DNA from: an uncultured Candidatus Saccharibacteria bacterium
GTDB lineage: Bacteria > Patescibacteriota > JAQUNI01
Assembly: GCA_964555185.1 (NCBI GenBank)
Contig: CAZKRD010000001.1
Span: 124,265-188,264 of the forward strand
DNA: 64,000 nucleotides
Reading direction: 5' to 3'
Made by a program: the position numbers and the translations under genes. Shown one piece after another: positions 35,265 to 43,687 of the stretch. The notes below the pieces were generated by a model. That model did no database searches, was not told the origin of the DNA, and saw nothing but the letters and a program-made list of their open reading frames with translations. Numbering within the stretch: position 1 is the first letter of the stretch; each line of letters opens with the position of its first letter.

Positions 35265-36470
35265 TCAAAATTTATTATTAAGAATCATATTAGTGAATTT
35301 TGTATAATTTGAATCCGGCACCATCCAAAAAAGATTCTCAAATTCCTTTAAAATAATTAATCGAATGGTTTCTTTGTTTTCTTCGTTCATTTCCTTACAA
35401 GTATTAATGCTCACGATTTCCGGCATACTGATTGGATTACCCAGTCGGCTTAATATACTAACTTCTACTGATAATTTATTATTAAATCTCTTAGCTATCT
35501 TTTTAGCTAAATAAAAGGCTAACAAATTATATAATTTCCCAGTATTATAGACTGGATTTTTTCCATAAATCACCTCAAAACTTGTTGGCCTGTAAAAACT
35601 AATTAGCCCCGACACTCTATTTCCTCGGCCGACAGAACCTTTATCATGCTCTGCTGCTGTTCCTGTTAATGTTAAATAAACTTTTTTTTCTTTTTTATTG
35701 TCTGCAGCGTTAATAACTAGTTCAACTTGCTGCTTAATTTTCTTTCTAACTAAAGCTAATAGTTTTTCTTTAATTTTTTCTTTCAGTAAAAAATATTCAT
35801 TTATATTCTTTATTTTCTCCCCTAAAAAAGCGATGCTGATAATAATCTGAATTTTCCTTTCGCTATCTTTTTTTACTACCATCACCTTTGTATCTTTACC
35901 GATTGGAAATTCTTTTATTAATTTTTGGGAAAGATTTTTCTCAATATCTAATGTTAAATTTTCTACTAATGTATATGGATAAAAACCAATTCCAATAGCA
36001 GTGTCTTCGGAGATTGGTAACTCTCTGCTTTCAAAAAACTTCTTATTTCTTATAGAATATATTCCAATATTAGATTTTATCTTAAAGACCCTTAAAATTT
36101 TATTGTTAAAAATACTAGTAAGTAATTTTTTAGTTGAGCTAACAGCTATTTTATTGATTTTTTTACATTCTTCTTGTGAAATACAAGAGGCTTTTCCGGA
36201 TATTGTAATCTCTCCTGGCTTTATAATTTGACCTTTGCCAAAATTAATTTTGATTTCTCCACCATTTATTTCAACTTGGTCAACATTGAAACGATATATA
36301 GCTCTATATTTATTCTTGTAATAATTACAAATATTTCGGCAGGTGAATTCGGCAATTTGGTCCGCCAAAGAATCAGGGTGACCTATTCCTTTCTTTTCTA
36401 CAATCTCGATTTTCTTTTGAGATAAAGATGAACTTACGGTATTTATAATAATATCAAATGGATACTCCAT
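35265..36470 (-). CDS. S-adenosylmethionine synthetase, archaeal type (MAT)
   Basis: VEKKGIGHPDSLADQIAE...RFNVDQVEINGG resembles the archaeal MAT N-terminus (ERKG-GHPDS-CD-IAE...NTDQVEL-GG). ~400 aa. Confidence 0.75.
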   Translation of the reverse strand: MEYPFDIIINTVSSSLSQKKIEIVEKKGIGHPDSLADQIAEFTCRNICNYYKNKYRAIYRFNVDQVEINGGEIKINFGKGQIIKPGEITISGKASCISQEECKKINKIAVSSTKKLLTSIFNNKILRVFKIKSNIGIYSIRNKKFFESRELPISEDTAIGIGFYPYTLVENLTLDIEKNLSQKLIKEFPIGKDTKVMVVKKDSERKIQIIISIAFLGEKIKNINEYFLLKEKIKEKLLALVRKKIKQQVELVINAADNKKEKKVYLTLTGTAAEHDKGSVGRGNRVSGLISFYRPTSFEVIYGKNPVYNTGKLYNLLAFYLAKKIAKRFNNKLSVEVSILSRLGNPISMPEIVSINTCKEMNEENKETIRLIILKEFENLFWMVPDSNYTKFTNMILNNKF

Positions 36471-36475
36471 AAAAT

Positions 36476-37351
36476 TTAACCTAAAAACTCATTATAAATT
36501 CTCTCGAAGTCCTGAATTAAATAGGCTGATTTTTTTAATCTTGATATACTATGAGCATCACTACCAATTGAAATTTTATTTCCGCCCATTTTTATATACT
36601 CATTAATTATACCCACAGAAGGATAAGTTTCACCCGTATCTTTAATCCCAGATAGATTAATCTCTAAACCAATGTTATTTTTTATTAACTCTCTCAAAAT
36701 AGGTCGTATATATATTATAGCTTTATCAAAATGATAATTCTTAAATTTTTTCTTTAAAAAGTCTAGGTGAGCAATATAATTAAACATCCCCGATTTTATT
36801 GCGGATAAAATATTTTCAAAATATGCCGAATATAATTTTTGCTCGCCATATTTATTAATGAATGGCTGTAATTGATTTATAAAACCTACGTGTATATATC
36901 TGTTTGATTCTGGTAATGCCGAACCGCAAACATAGTGACAACTTCCTAAAATAATATCTATTTTATATTTTGTAATACACTCTTTGATTTCATCTTCGTA
37001 TTCTGTAAAATAATCTACTTCTAATCCCTTTAATATTCTTACTCGAAATTTTTCTTGCAATACCTCTATATGTTTAAAATAAGTTTTTAAATCTATTGTT
37101 TTCCTACCATCTTTAGGGATTAAACTTTCTTCGGGAAATAAGGTATCATGATCTTTCTCACTAATTGGTTTAGGATACTTTATTAATGGCCAAATAAAGT
37201 GTTCAGTAATTGCTATTTCCTTAAATCCAATATTCTCAGCCGCAGCTATTATTGATTCCAAATCATCTTTTGTATGATCCAGAAATCCAGAATGTATATG
37301 ATAATCCTTCTTCATGGATTTTATTATAAATAATAATCTCCCAAAAGTCAA
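36476..37351 (-). CDS. PHP-family metal-dependent phosphoesterase (histidinol-phosphatase-like)
   Basis: DYHIHSGF (start), ITEHF, ...SDAHS. The likely true start is ATG at MKKDYHIHS (~37315). Confidence 0.7.
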   Translation of the reverse strand: MTFGRLLFIIKSMKKDYHIHSGFLDHTKDDLESIIAAAENIGFKEIAITEHFIWPLIKYPKPISEKDHDTLFPEESLIPKDGRKTIDLKTYFKHIEVLQEKFRVRILKGLEVDYFTEYEDEIKECITKYKIDIILGSCHYVCGSALPESNRYIHVGFINQLQPFINKYGEQKLYSAYFENILSAIKSGMFNYIAHLDFLKKKFKNYHFDKAIIYIRPILRELIKNNIGLEINLSGIKDTGETYPSVGIINEYIKMGGNKISIGSDAHSISRLKKSAYLIQDFERIYNEFLG

Positions 37352-37384
37352 TTTTTGAAGTGGTGATATTTTTGTTTACGAAAA

Positions 37385-38650
37385 ATGAAATTTGGAAAGA
37401 AATATCAAAAGTTTTTTCTCTATGCGAGAAAATCAACGGACACGGAAGAAAGGCAAATTCGAAGTCTTGACGACCAAATAGCTGAATTGAAAGAACTTGC
37501 GAAAAAGGAAAATATAGAAATCGTGAAAATTTTCATTGAAAAACAAACTGCCAAAGAGCCGGGCAGACCAATTTTTAACGAAATGTTATCTCGTATAGAG
37601 AAGAATGAAGCTGAAGGAATTTTAACGTGGCATCCAGATCGCCTTGCCAGAAATTCTGTTGACGGCGGAAAAATAATTTGGCTTTTGGATATTGAAAAAC
37701 TAAAAGAGCTAAAATTCCCGACTTTTTGGTTTGAAAATACGCCGCCGGGAAAATTTATGCTTCAGATTGCCTTCGGCCAGTCAAAATACTATATTGATAA
37801 TCTTTCGGAAAATATCAAAAGAGGAATAAGGCAGAAATTAAAAAACGGGCTTTGGCCGCAAATGGCCCCGCTTGGATATTTGAACGACAAAAACACAAAA
37901 TCAATCGTTGTTGATCAAAATAAAACCCGCTTCATCAAAAAATCTTTTGAATTGTATTCAACCGGAAAATTTTCCCTGCGGCGCTTGTGCGAGACAATCA
38001 ATAATCTGGGATTGATCGGAAGAAAAAATAAAATGTTGAGTATCTCAAATTACCAATATTTTCTCAAAAACCCGTTTTATTGCGGACTAATCAGATATAA
38101 CGGGGAATTATACGAAGGAAAACACGAACCAATTATTGCAAAGAAACTTTTTGATAAAACGCAGGAAATAATGAAAGGGAAAAGCAAACCGAACAAGAAG
38201 AAGTTAAAGTATTTTGTTTTTCGCGGGTTTATCCGTTGCGGGGAGTGTGGTTGTTTAATTACCGCCGAGAATCAAAAAGGGCATAATTATTACCATTGCA
38301 CCAAACGAAAAACAAAATGCTTTCAAAAATATGTCCGCGAGGAAAATTTAACAAAACAAATAAACGAGCATATTCAAAAAGTTTCTTTGCCTGATGACTG
38401 GGCAAACAATATACTTGCCGAGATAGACAAAGAAAAAGAGCAAGCGAGAGAAGAAACGAAAGTTTTTATTCAAAATCTCCAAACTCAAAAAGTGGAAATT
38501 GAAAGCAAGGCCGAGAACCTGCTTGATTTGTTTATCGGTGGCAAAGGCATTGAGCCAGAAGAATACCAAGCAAAAAAACAAAAACTGCTTAACAAGAAGC
38601 AGGATATTTTAGGAAAAATAAAAATGATTGAAAAAAAAGGCAATACTTAG
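37385..38650 (+). CDS. Large serine recombinase / integrase
   Basis: Resolvase catalytic domain (FFLYARKSTD..QIRSLDDQ...HPDRLARN), recombinase domain, and Zn ribbon (FIRCGECGCLITAENQKGHNYYHCTKRKTKC). 421 aa. Confidence 0.85.
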   Translation: MKFGKKYQKFFLYARKSTDTEERQIRSLDDQIAELKELAKKENIEIVKIFIEKQTAKEPGRPIFNEMLSRIEKNEAEGILTWHPDRLARNSVDGGKIIWLLDIEKLKELKFPTFWFENTPPGKFMLQIAFGQSKYYIDNLSENIKRGIRQKLKNGLWPQMAPLGYLNDKNTKSIVVDQNKTRFIKKSFELYSTGKFSLRRLCETINNLGLIGRKNKMLSISNYQYFLKNPFYCGLIRYNGELYEGKHEPIIAKKLFDKTQEIMKGKSKPNKKKLKYFVFRGFIRCGECGCLITAENQKGHNYYHCTKRKTKCFQKYVREENLTKQINEHIQKVSLPDDWANNILAEIDKEKEQAREETKVFIQNLQTQKVEIESKAENLLDLFIGGKGIEPEEYQAKKQKLLNKKQDILGKIKMIEKKGNT

Positions 38651-38848
38651 CTTGAACAGATGAAAGACATGATTTTAGCCAGTAGCCAAGCCAAAATTCT
38701 TTTGTCGCAGAGCGACAATCAAAAAATCCGAGCATTCCTAAAAAATATCGGCTCGAACTTCATTTTGAAAGATAAAAAATTCCAATTTGCGCTTAAAATT
38801 GGCTGGCGAGCGCTCGCAGAAGGCGAGCTAACAAAAACATTTCCCGAT

Positions 38849-38939
38849 TGGCGGTGGGTGCAGGATTCGAACCTGCGGTCCCCAAAAAGGAGACTCTGGT
38901 TTTCAAAACCAGTGCATTCGACCACTCTGCCAACCCACC
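38849..38939 (-). tRNA. tRNA-Ser (anticodon TGA), with encoded CCA
   Basis: RC reads GGTGGGTTGGCAGAGTGGTCGAATGCACTGGTTTTGAAAACCAGAGTCTCCTTTTTGGGGACCGCAGGTTCGAATCCTGCACCCACCGCCA. Long variable arm, anticodon loop TTTGAAA. Confidence 0.85.
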
Positions 38940-38950
38940 ATTTGAGTAAT

Positions 38951-39625
38951 TCATCCTTTCGCTACCACCAAGCCCCAGATTTCCCGCGGTTTGTTGCGGG
39001 CAAGGATCGCCTGGGCTGCTGCTTCCAAGGTAGCGCCGCTGGTTGTGACATCATCAACTAAGATGATTGTTTTGCTCTTTAAAGATAAGTCTTTTTTTGC
39101 CCGGAAGGCGGATTTGATATTCTTCTTGCGCTCTGTGAGAGCGACTTTGACTTGAGGCGGGGTGTGGCGGCAACGGACCAGGAGATCATTTCTCAATTTG
39201 ACTTTAAGCTTCTGACTCAAGTTTCGCGCGAGGAGCTCTGCTTGATTAAAGCCGCGGAAGCGCAATCTTTTCTTGTGTAAAGGCATGGGGATTAAGACAA
39301 ATTTTTTAAGATCAGTATCTCCAAGATAAGGAGAAAGTTTCTTTAACAAAAAGTCAGCCAGTGTCTTGCTGATCTCACTGACAAAATGATATTTATAAAC
39401 AGAAATTAATTTTTTGATCAGGGGATGGTGATAATCAAAAACCGCAATCAGACGGTCAAGGTTTTTGGATTCTAACTTTGCTTTTGGCGAGGGCAGGGAT
39501 TCTGTTTTAACAAAACACTTTTTGCAAAGCCACTGACCTTCTTTTCTACAAGATAAGCATTTAATTGGGAAGATCAGATCAAGGAGAAATGTTAGCGGTT
39601 TAAAATTTTTGATTTCAAATCGCAA
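38951..39625 (-). CDS. comFC: ComFC-family phosphoribosyltransferase-domain competence protein
   Basis: N-terminal Cys pairs (CLSCRKEGQWLCKKC) and the PRTase motif IILVDDVTTSGATL. Confidence 0.8.
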   Translation of the reverse strand: MRFEIKNFKPLTFLLDLIFPIKCLSCRKEGQWLCKKCFVKTESLPSPKAKLESKNLDRLIAVFDYHHPLIKKLISVYKYHFVSEISKTLADFLLKKLSPYLGDTDLKKFVLIPMPLHKKRLRFRGFNQAELLARNLSQKLKVKLRNDLLVRCRHTPPQVKVALTERKKNIKSAFRAKKDLSLKSKTIILVDDVTTSGATLEAAAQAILARNKPREIWGLVVAKG

Positions 39626-39636
39626 ATTTTGGTTTT

Positions 39637-42156
39637 TTAGTTTGTTTTGGCCAGTTTAATTTTTCCTTTGTCCATACCGATCCTGACGCGGTCGCCAGCC
39701 TTTATTTTCTCGGCAAGCACCAGAGAAGCCAGGGGGTCTTCCACGAGTTCGGTTGTTAATCGTCTTAAGGGCCGAGCGCCTCTTAAGGGGTTCCAAGCCT
39801 TCTCGGCCAAAAAGCGGGCCGCTTCGGATTGGAGCGTGAACGAGAGGTCTTGTTCTTTTAGTCTTGTTTGCAGCTCCTGGATATTTAATTTAACGATTTG
39901 GGTGAGTTCTTTGACACCCAAGGATTTGAAGACAATGACTTTATCAACGCGATTTAGAAGTTCAGGTCTGAAATTCTTTTCAAGTTCGGCTAAAACTTCT
40001 TTCTTAATCTCTTTATACTGCAAGGCCGAATTTTCTGCTTTTGGGGAGCTTTTTTCTCTAGGACCGTTCTTTTTGAATCCCCAGGTTTCCATACTCGCGA
40101 CAAGCTTTTCCGAACCGATATTAGAGGTCATTACAATAATCGTGTTTTTGAAATTCACCTCCCGGCCTTGGGCGTCGGTTAAGATCCCGTTTTCCAGAAT
40201 TTGCAGGAGGAGGTTTAAAGCTTCTGGATGAGCTTTTTCAATTTCGTCAAAGAGGACGACCGAGTAAGGCTGGTGGCGGATTTTCTCAGTCAGTTTTCCT
40301 CCTTCTTCATAGCCGACATAGCCTGCCGGGGCGCCCACTAGCCTTGCGACATTAAAACTCTGATGGAATTCAGACATATCTAGATTGACCAGGTTCTTTT
40401 CACTGCCGAACACTTCCAGGGCTAGGTTTTTTGCTAAATAAGTTTTGCCCACGCCAGAGGGGCCCAGGAAAATAAAGGAGCCCAGAGGGCGATTAGGGTC
40501 AGAAAGGCCTGCCCGGGCGCGGCGGATGCACTGGGCAATCTTTTGAATCGCCTCTGATTGTCCGATCACCTTGCTTGCCAGAGACTTCTCCAGATTCTGA
40601 AGTTTGGTTTTTTCAGAAGTAGTTAAAGATTCTAGAGGGACGGCCGTAATTTCACTGACAATTTTTTTGATCTCTCGGGCAGTGATTTTACCCCTTAATC
40701 TGCGCGGCAGTTTCTCAACTTTTTTTCTTAAACCTACTATTTCCTGGGAGAGTTTCATCTCTTTTCTTTTAAACCGGCTTGCTTCTTGATAGTTTTCATT
40801 TTTTACCGCGTCCACTTTGGCTTGTTTGATTTCGCGGATTTTGACTTCCGCGTTTTGGAGCGCGGTGACTATTTTAGGTTCACAGAGCCCGACTTTTTCA
40901 CGGGAGGCCGCTTCGTCAATGAGGTCGATTGCCTTGTCTGGCAAGAGGCGGTCGGGGATAAAGCGGGCGGAAAGGTAGGTGGCGCTTTCAATTGCTTGAT
41001 CCGTGATTTCGATTTGGTGATATTTCTCGTAATTCTCTTTGATCCCTTTTAGGATCTGGATCGTTTCTTGGGCTGTCGCTTCTTTGATCATCACTGGTTG
41101 GAACCGGCGTTCCAGGGCGCGGTCTTTTTCGATATGTTTTTGGTATTCAGAGAGCGTGGTTGCGCCGATACAGCGCAAAAGCCCGCGGGCCAAAGCAGGC
41201 TTTAAGATATTAGCGGTGTCTAGGCTTCCGGCGGCAGAGCCAGTACCAATTATGGTATGAAGTTCATCAATAAAGAGAATCAGGTTGGGGTCAGACTCAA
41301 TCTTTTTCAAGATTTTTTTAAGCCGCGCTTCAAATTCGCCTCGAAACATCGTCCCGGCGACAAGAGAGGTGAGGTCTAAAAGGAGGATTTTTTTATTTTG
41401 GAGCATGGGAGGCACTTCTCCTTTGACGATTTTGTAAGCCAGGCCTTCTGCGATCGCTGTTTTGCCCACGCCGGCGTCACCGATTAAAATCGGGTTATTT
41501 TTCGCGCGGCGGCCCAAGATGTTAATGATTCTTTGGATTTCTTTTTCGCGGCCAATTACCGGATCAACTCCGCCCGATCGCGCTTTTTCGTTCAAATCAA
41601 CGCTGAAGTAGCCCAAAAAGGAGTTTGGTTTTTGACCACTATTTTTTTTGGGTCTTTGCTTGAAAGGACGAGTGAGATGAGAGAATTTAGACGCGTTATC
41701 AAGGAGCATATTCAGGTGTTTTTCCAGGTCATTAAAATTAAACCCTTTTTCTTTTAAGTAGATTTGGGCTTGGTTTTTTCTGGTTTTGATCAAGGCGGCA
41801 AGCAGGTGTTCTGTGCCCACAAAACAGTGTTGCTTTCGAAAAGCGAGAGCTGTTGCTTTTTCAATAACTTTTTGGGCTTTTTTCGAAAATTTGTAATCGG
41901 TTAGTTTGAAGTTTATTGTTCGTTTACTCAAAGCGGACGTTAAAACGTGATTCTGGTTAAAATATCTTGGCCGAGGAGATTTTTTCCTGTCAAATATTTC
42001 ATAATTCAAAACCTTCCAGGCCAGGCTGCCCTTTTGGGCAAGGAGTGAGAAGAGAAGATTTGAAGTTGTAATCCGTTTGTTTTTGCGTTTTAACGCATTC
42101 ACTCCTGCTAGGATTAGGGCTTCTTTGAAGTTTTTAGTGAATTTATTGTTGATCAT
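39637..42156 (-). CDS. clpC: ClpC/ClpB-type AAA+ chaperone ATPase (two AAA modules, Clp_N domain)
   Basis: Clp_N repeats. GDAGVGKTAIAEGLA (Walker A, D1). GPSGVGKTYLAKNLA (Walker A, D2). Sensor motifs. The ORF track begins at a TTG at 42213, but ATG 42156 (MINNKF) is preceded by a TATTATACAAT -10-like box. Confidence 0.9.
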   Translation of the reverse strand: MINNKFTKNFKEALILAGVNALKRKNKRITTSNLLFSLLAQKGSLAWKVLNYEIFDRKKSPRPRYFNQNHVLTSALSKRTINFKLTDYKFSKKAQKVIEKATALAFRKQHCFVGTEHLLAALIKTRKNQAQIYLKEKGFNFNDLEKHLNMLLDNASKFSHLTRPFKQRPKKNSGQKPNSFLGYFSVDLNEKARSGGVDPVIGREKEIQRIINILGRRAKNNPILIGDAGVGKTAIAEGLAYKIVKGEVPPMLQNKKILLLDLTSLVAGTMFRGEFEARLKKILKKIESDPNLILFIDELHTIIGTGSAAGSLDTANILKPALARGLLRCIGATTLSEYQKHIEKDRALERRFQPVMIKEATAQETIQILKGIKENYEKYHQIEITDQAIESATYLSARFIPDRLLPDKAIDLIDEAASREKVGLCEPKIVTALQNAEVKIREIKQAKVDAVKNENYQEASRFKRKEMKLSQEIVGLRKKVEKLPRRLRGKITAREIKKIVSEITAVPLESLTTSEKTKLQNLEKSLASKVIGQSEAIQKIAQCIRRARAGLSDPNRPLGSFIFLGPSGVGKTYLAKNLALEVFGSEKNLVNLDMSEFHQSFNVARLVGAPAGYVGYEEGGKLTEKIRHQPYSVVLFDEIEKAHPEALNLLLQILENGILTDAQGREVNFKNTIIVMTSNIGSEKLVASMETWGFKKNGPREKSSPKAENSALQYKEIKKEVLAELEKNFRPELLNRVDKVIVFKSLGVKELTQIVKLNIQELQTRLKEQDLSFTLQSEAARFLAEKAWNPLRGARPLRRLTTELVEDPLASLVLAEKIKAGDRVRIGMDKGKIKLAKTN

Positions 42157-42491
42157 AGTTTTAATTTGGACAATCGGTAGATTTATTGTATAATAAAGTT
42201 GTGTTTTTAGCAACAGAGTGCGATTGAGATCTTCGACTTTTTAATTGTTTTGGATTTTGGCTTGCTGTTTTAGGTTTTTCAGGTGTCCACACACTAATGT
42301 TGTCAAGATATTGCTGTTTGTGTTAAAATTAAGTCAGATCTTGAGCTTATTATTTCAGGGATTTGTTAAATAAATACAAACACTGATTTTAAATTTAAAA
42401 CTCTAATCTCTAGCTTTGCTGGTGTTATTTGAGATTTGGGATTTTTTGCGACTTATCTAAAATACAAACCAAACAGCAAGGGAGTATAAAT

Positions 42492-42570
42492 TGGGGTCCC
42501 CGCAAAATCGAAGTTTTTGTGGGGTATAATATAAACTGAGGTCCCCGCAAAATCGAAGTTTTTGTGGGGT
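42492..42570. promoter_or_regulatory. Two tandem copies of a ~33-bp imperfect palindrome, overlapping a TATAAT box, upstream of pilM
   Basis: 'ggtccccgcaaaatcgaagtttttgtggggtaTAATataaactgag' + 'gtccccgcaaaatcgaagtttttgtggggtaaaaaaatgg'. Each unit is ccccgcaaaa...tttttgtgggg. Confidence 0.35.
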
Positions 42571-43662
42571 AAAAAAATGGGATCATTCGGCAAAAAGTTT
42601 AAAGGAAGATGTCTTGGCGTAGATATTGGCACCTCCAACTTAAAGGTGATTGAATTGAACAGTCTGGCCGGCCAGCCGAATTTGGCAACTTATGGATCAA
42701 TCGGTGTAGGATATGATCTGATCAGGAGTGAGTCAAAGGAAGTGCAGGAAAAGATATTTAAAAGTTTAAAAAAAATCATTAAGGAAAGCGGAGTGAAAAG
42801 TGTCCGTGCGATTGCTTCCTTGCCGGGCTTCTCGGTTTTTACTACGGTTTTGAATTTGCCGAAGATGAAGGAGAAAGAGCTGGCGTCAGCGATTAAATGG
42901 GAGGCGAAACGTTATATTCCTTTTCCAATTGAGGAGATAATTTTAGACTGGGAAATTTTGGGGAGCAAGAATGTGCCGATAGACCTTGCTGACGGGCAGA
43001 TAGCAGAGAGCAAGGAGGAATTAGAAGTGTTTTTGACGGCCGTGCCTAAAAATATTGTCGGGAGGTACAGTGACATTTTTAAAAGTGCTGATTTGAAATT
43101 GATCGGCCTTGAGCCTGAAGCAATGGCGCTGAGCCGCGCTTTGGTCGGAAGAGCAAAGGGGCGGGCAATGATTGTGGATCTTGGCGCCACGGCTACAGAG
43201 ATTTGTATTGTTGAGGATGGGCACCCTAAACTTAATTTGAGTGTGGACACAGGGGGCAACGCTTTAACCAAAGCGATCGCCCAGAGTCTCCAGGTTTCTT
43301 TTAACCGCGCAGAGCAGTTTAAAAGAGACTTCGGTGTTTCCAGAAGAAAGTTGGGCGGCGAGATACCTCGAGCGATCAGGCCAGTGATCGACATTATTGT
43401 CGAGAAGATCCAACATTGTTTAGGTCTTTTTTACAACCGCGGGGGAGGAAAAATTTCTAGGATCATTCTTTCGGGAGGTTCGGCCAGACTGCCGGAATTT
43501 GTCAGCTATTTATCTTTATTTCTAAAAGAGGAGAAGATAGAGATTTCTAATCCTTGGCAGTATGTTCTTTACCCCAAGGAATTGGATCGGGTCTTGCAGG
43601 AATTGGGTCCTGGTTTTGATGTGGCTGTTGGTTTAGCCTTGAGTGAGTTTATAGTCAGATGA
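42562..43662 (+). CDS. pilM: Type IV pilus assembly protein PilM (actin-like ATPase)
   Basis: CLGVDIGTSNLKVIEL..., ...ILSGGSARLPEF. Conserved position upstream of pilB. Confidence 0.85.
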   Translation: MWGKKMGSFGKKFKGRCLGVDIGTSNLKVIELNSLAGQPNLATYGSIGVGYDLIRSESKEVQEKIFKSLKKIIKESGVKSVRAIASLPGFSVFTTVLNLPKMKEKELASAIKWEAKRYIPFPIEEIILDWEILGSKNVPIDLADGQIAESKEELEVFLTAVPKNIVGRYSDIFKSADLKLIGLEPEAMALSRALVGRAKGRAMIVDLGATATEICIVEDGHPKLNLSVDTGGNALTKAIAQSLQVSFNRAEQFKRDFGVSRRKLGGEIPRAIRPVIDIIVEKIQHCLGLFYNRGGGKISRIILSGGSARLPEFVSYLSLFLKEEKIEISNPWQYVLYPKELDRVLQELGPGFDVAVGLALSEFIVR

Positions 43663-43687
43663 TTTTAAATACCTTCTCTTTATTTAT

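Larger units (their letters stand above)
32573..38868. mobile_element. ~6.3 kb AT-rich integrated island at the 3' end of tRNA-Ser(TGA), bounded by a 19-bp direct repeat, with a large serine recombinase
   Basis: 'ggcggtgggtgcaggattc' at 32573-32591 is identical to the last 19 nt of the tRNA-Ser(TGA) gene at 38850-38868. The recombinase gene 37385..38650 abuts the tRNA. Cargo genes are markedly more AT-rich than their flanks. Confidence 0.55.

Noticed and set aside
37385-38650. Tn3-type resolvase or IS607-type transposase
   Set aside because: No transposase partner or IS terminal repeats. The size (421 aa) and C-terminal Zn ribbon fit a large serine recombinase/integrase acting on the tRNA-flanked island.
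38660-39061. 133-aa plus-strand ORF
   Set aside because: It reads straight through the minus-strand tRNA-Ser(TGA) and into comFC antisense. Spurious, although its first ~60 codons, before the tRNA, could conceivably be a tiny gene.
42492-42570. Direct repeats considered as a mini-CRISPR array
   Set aside because: Only two copies, with a 13-bp 'spacer', and promoter-proximal. Better explained as an operator duplication.
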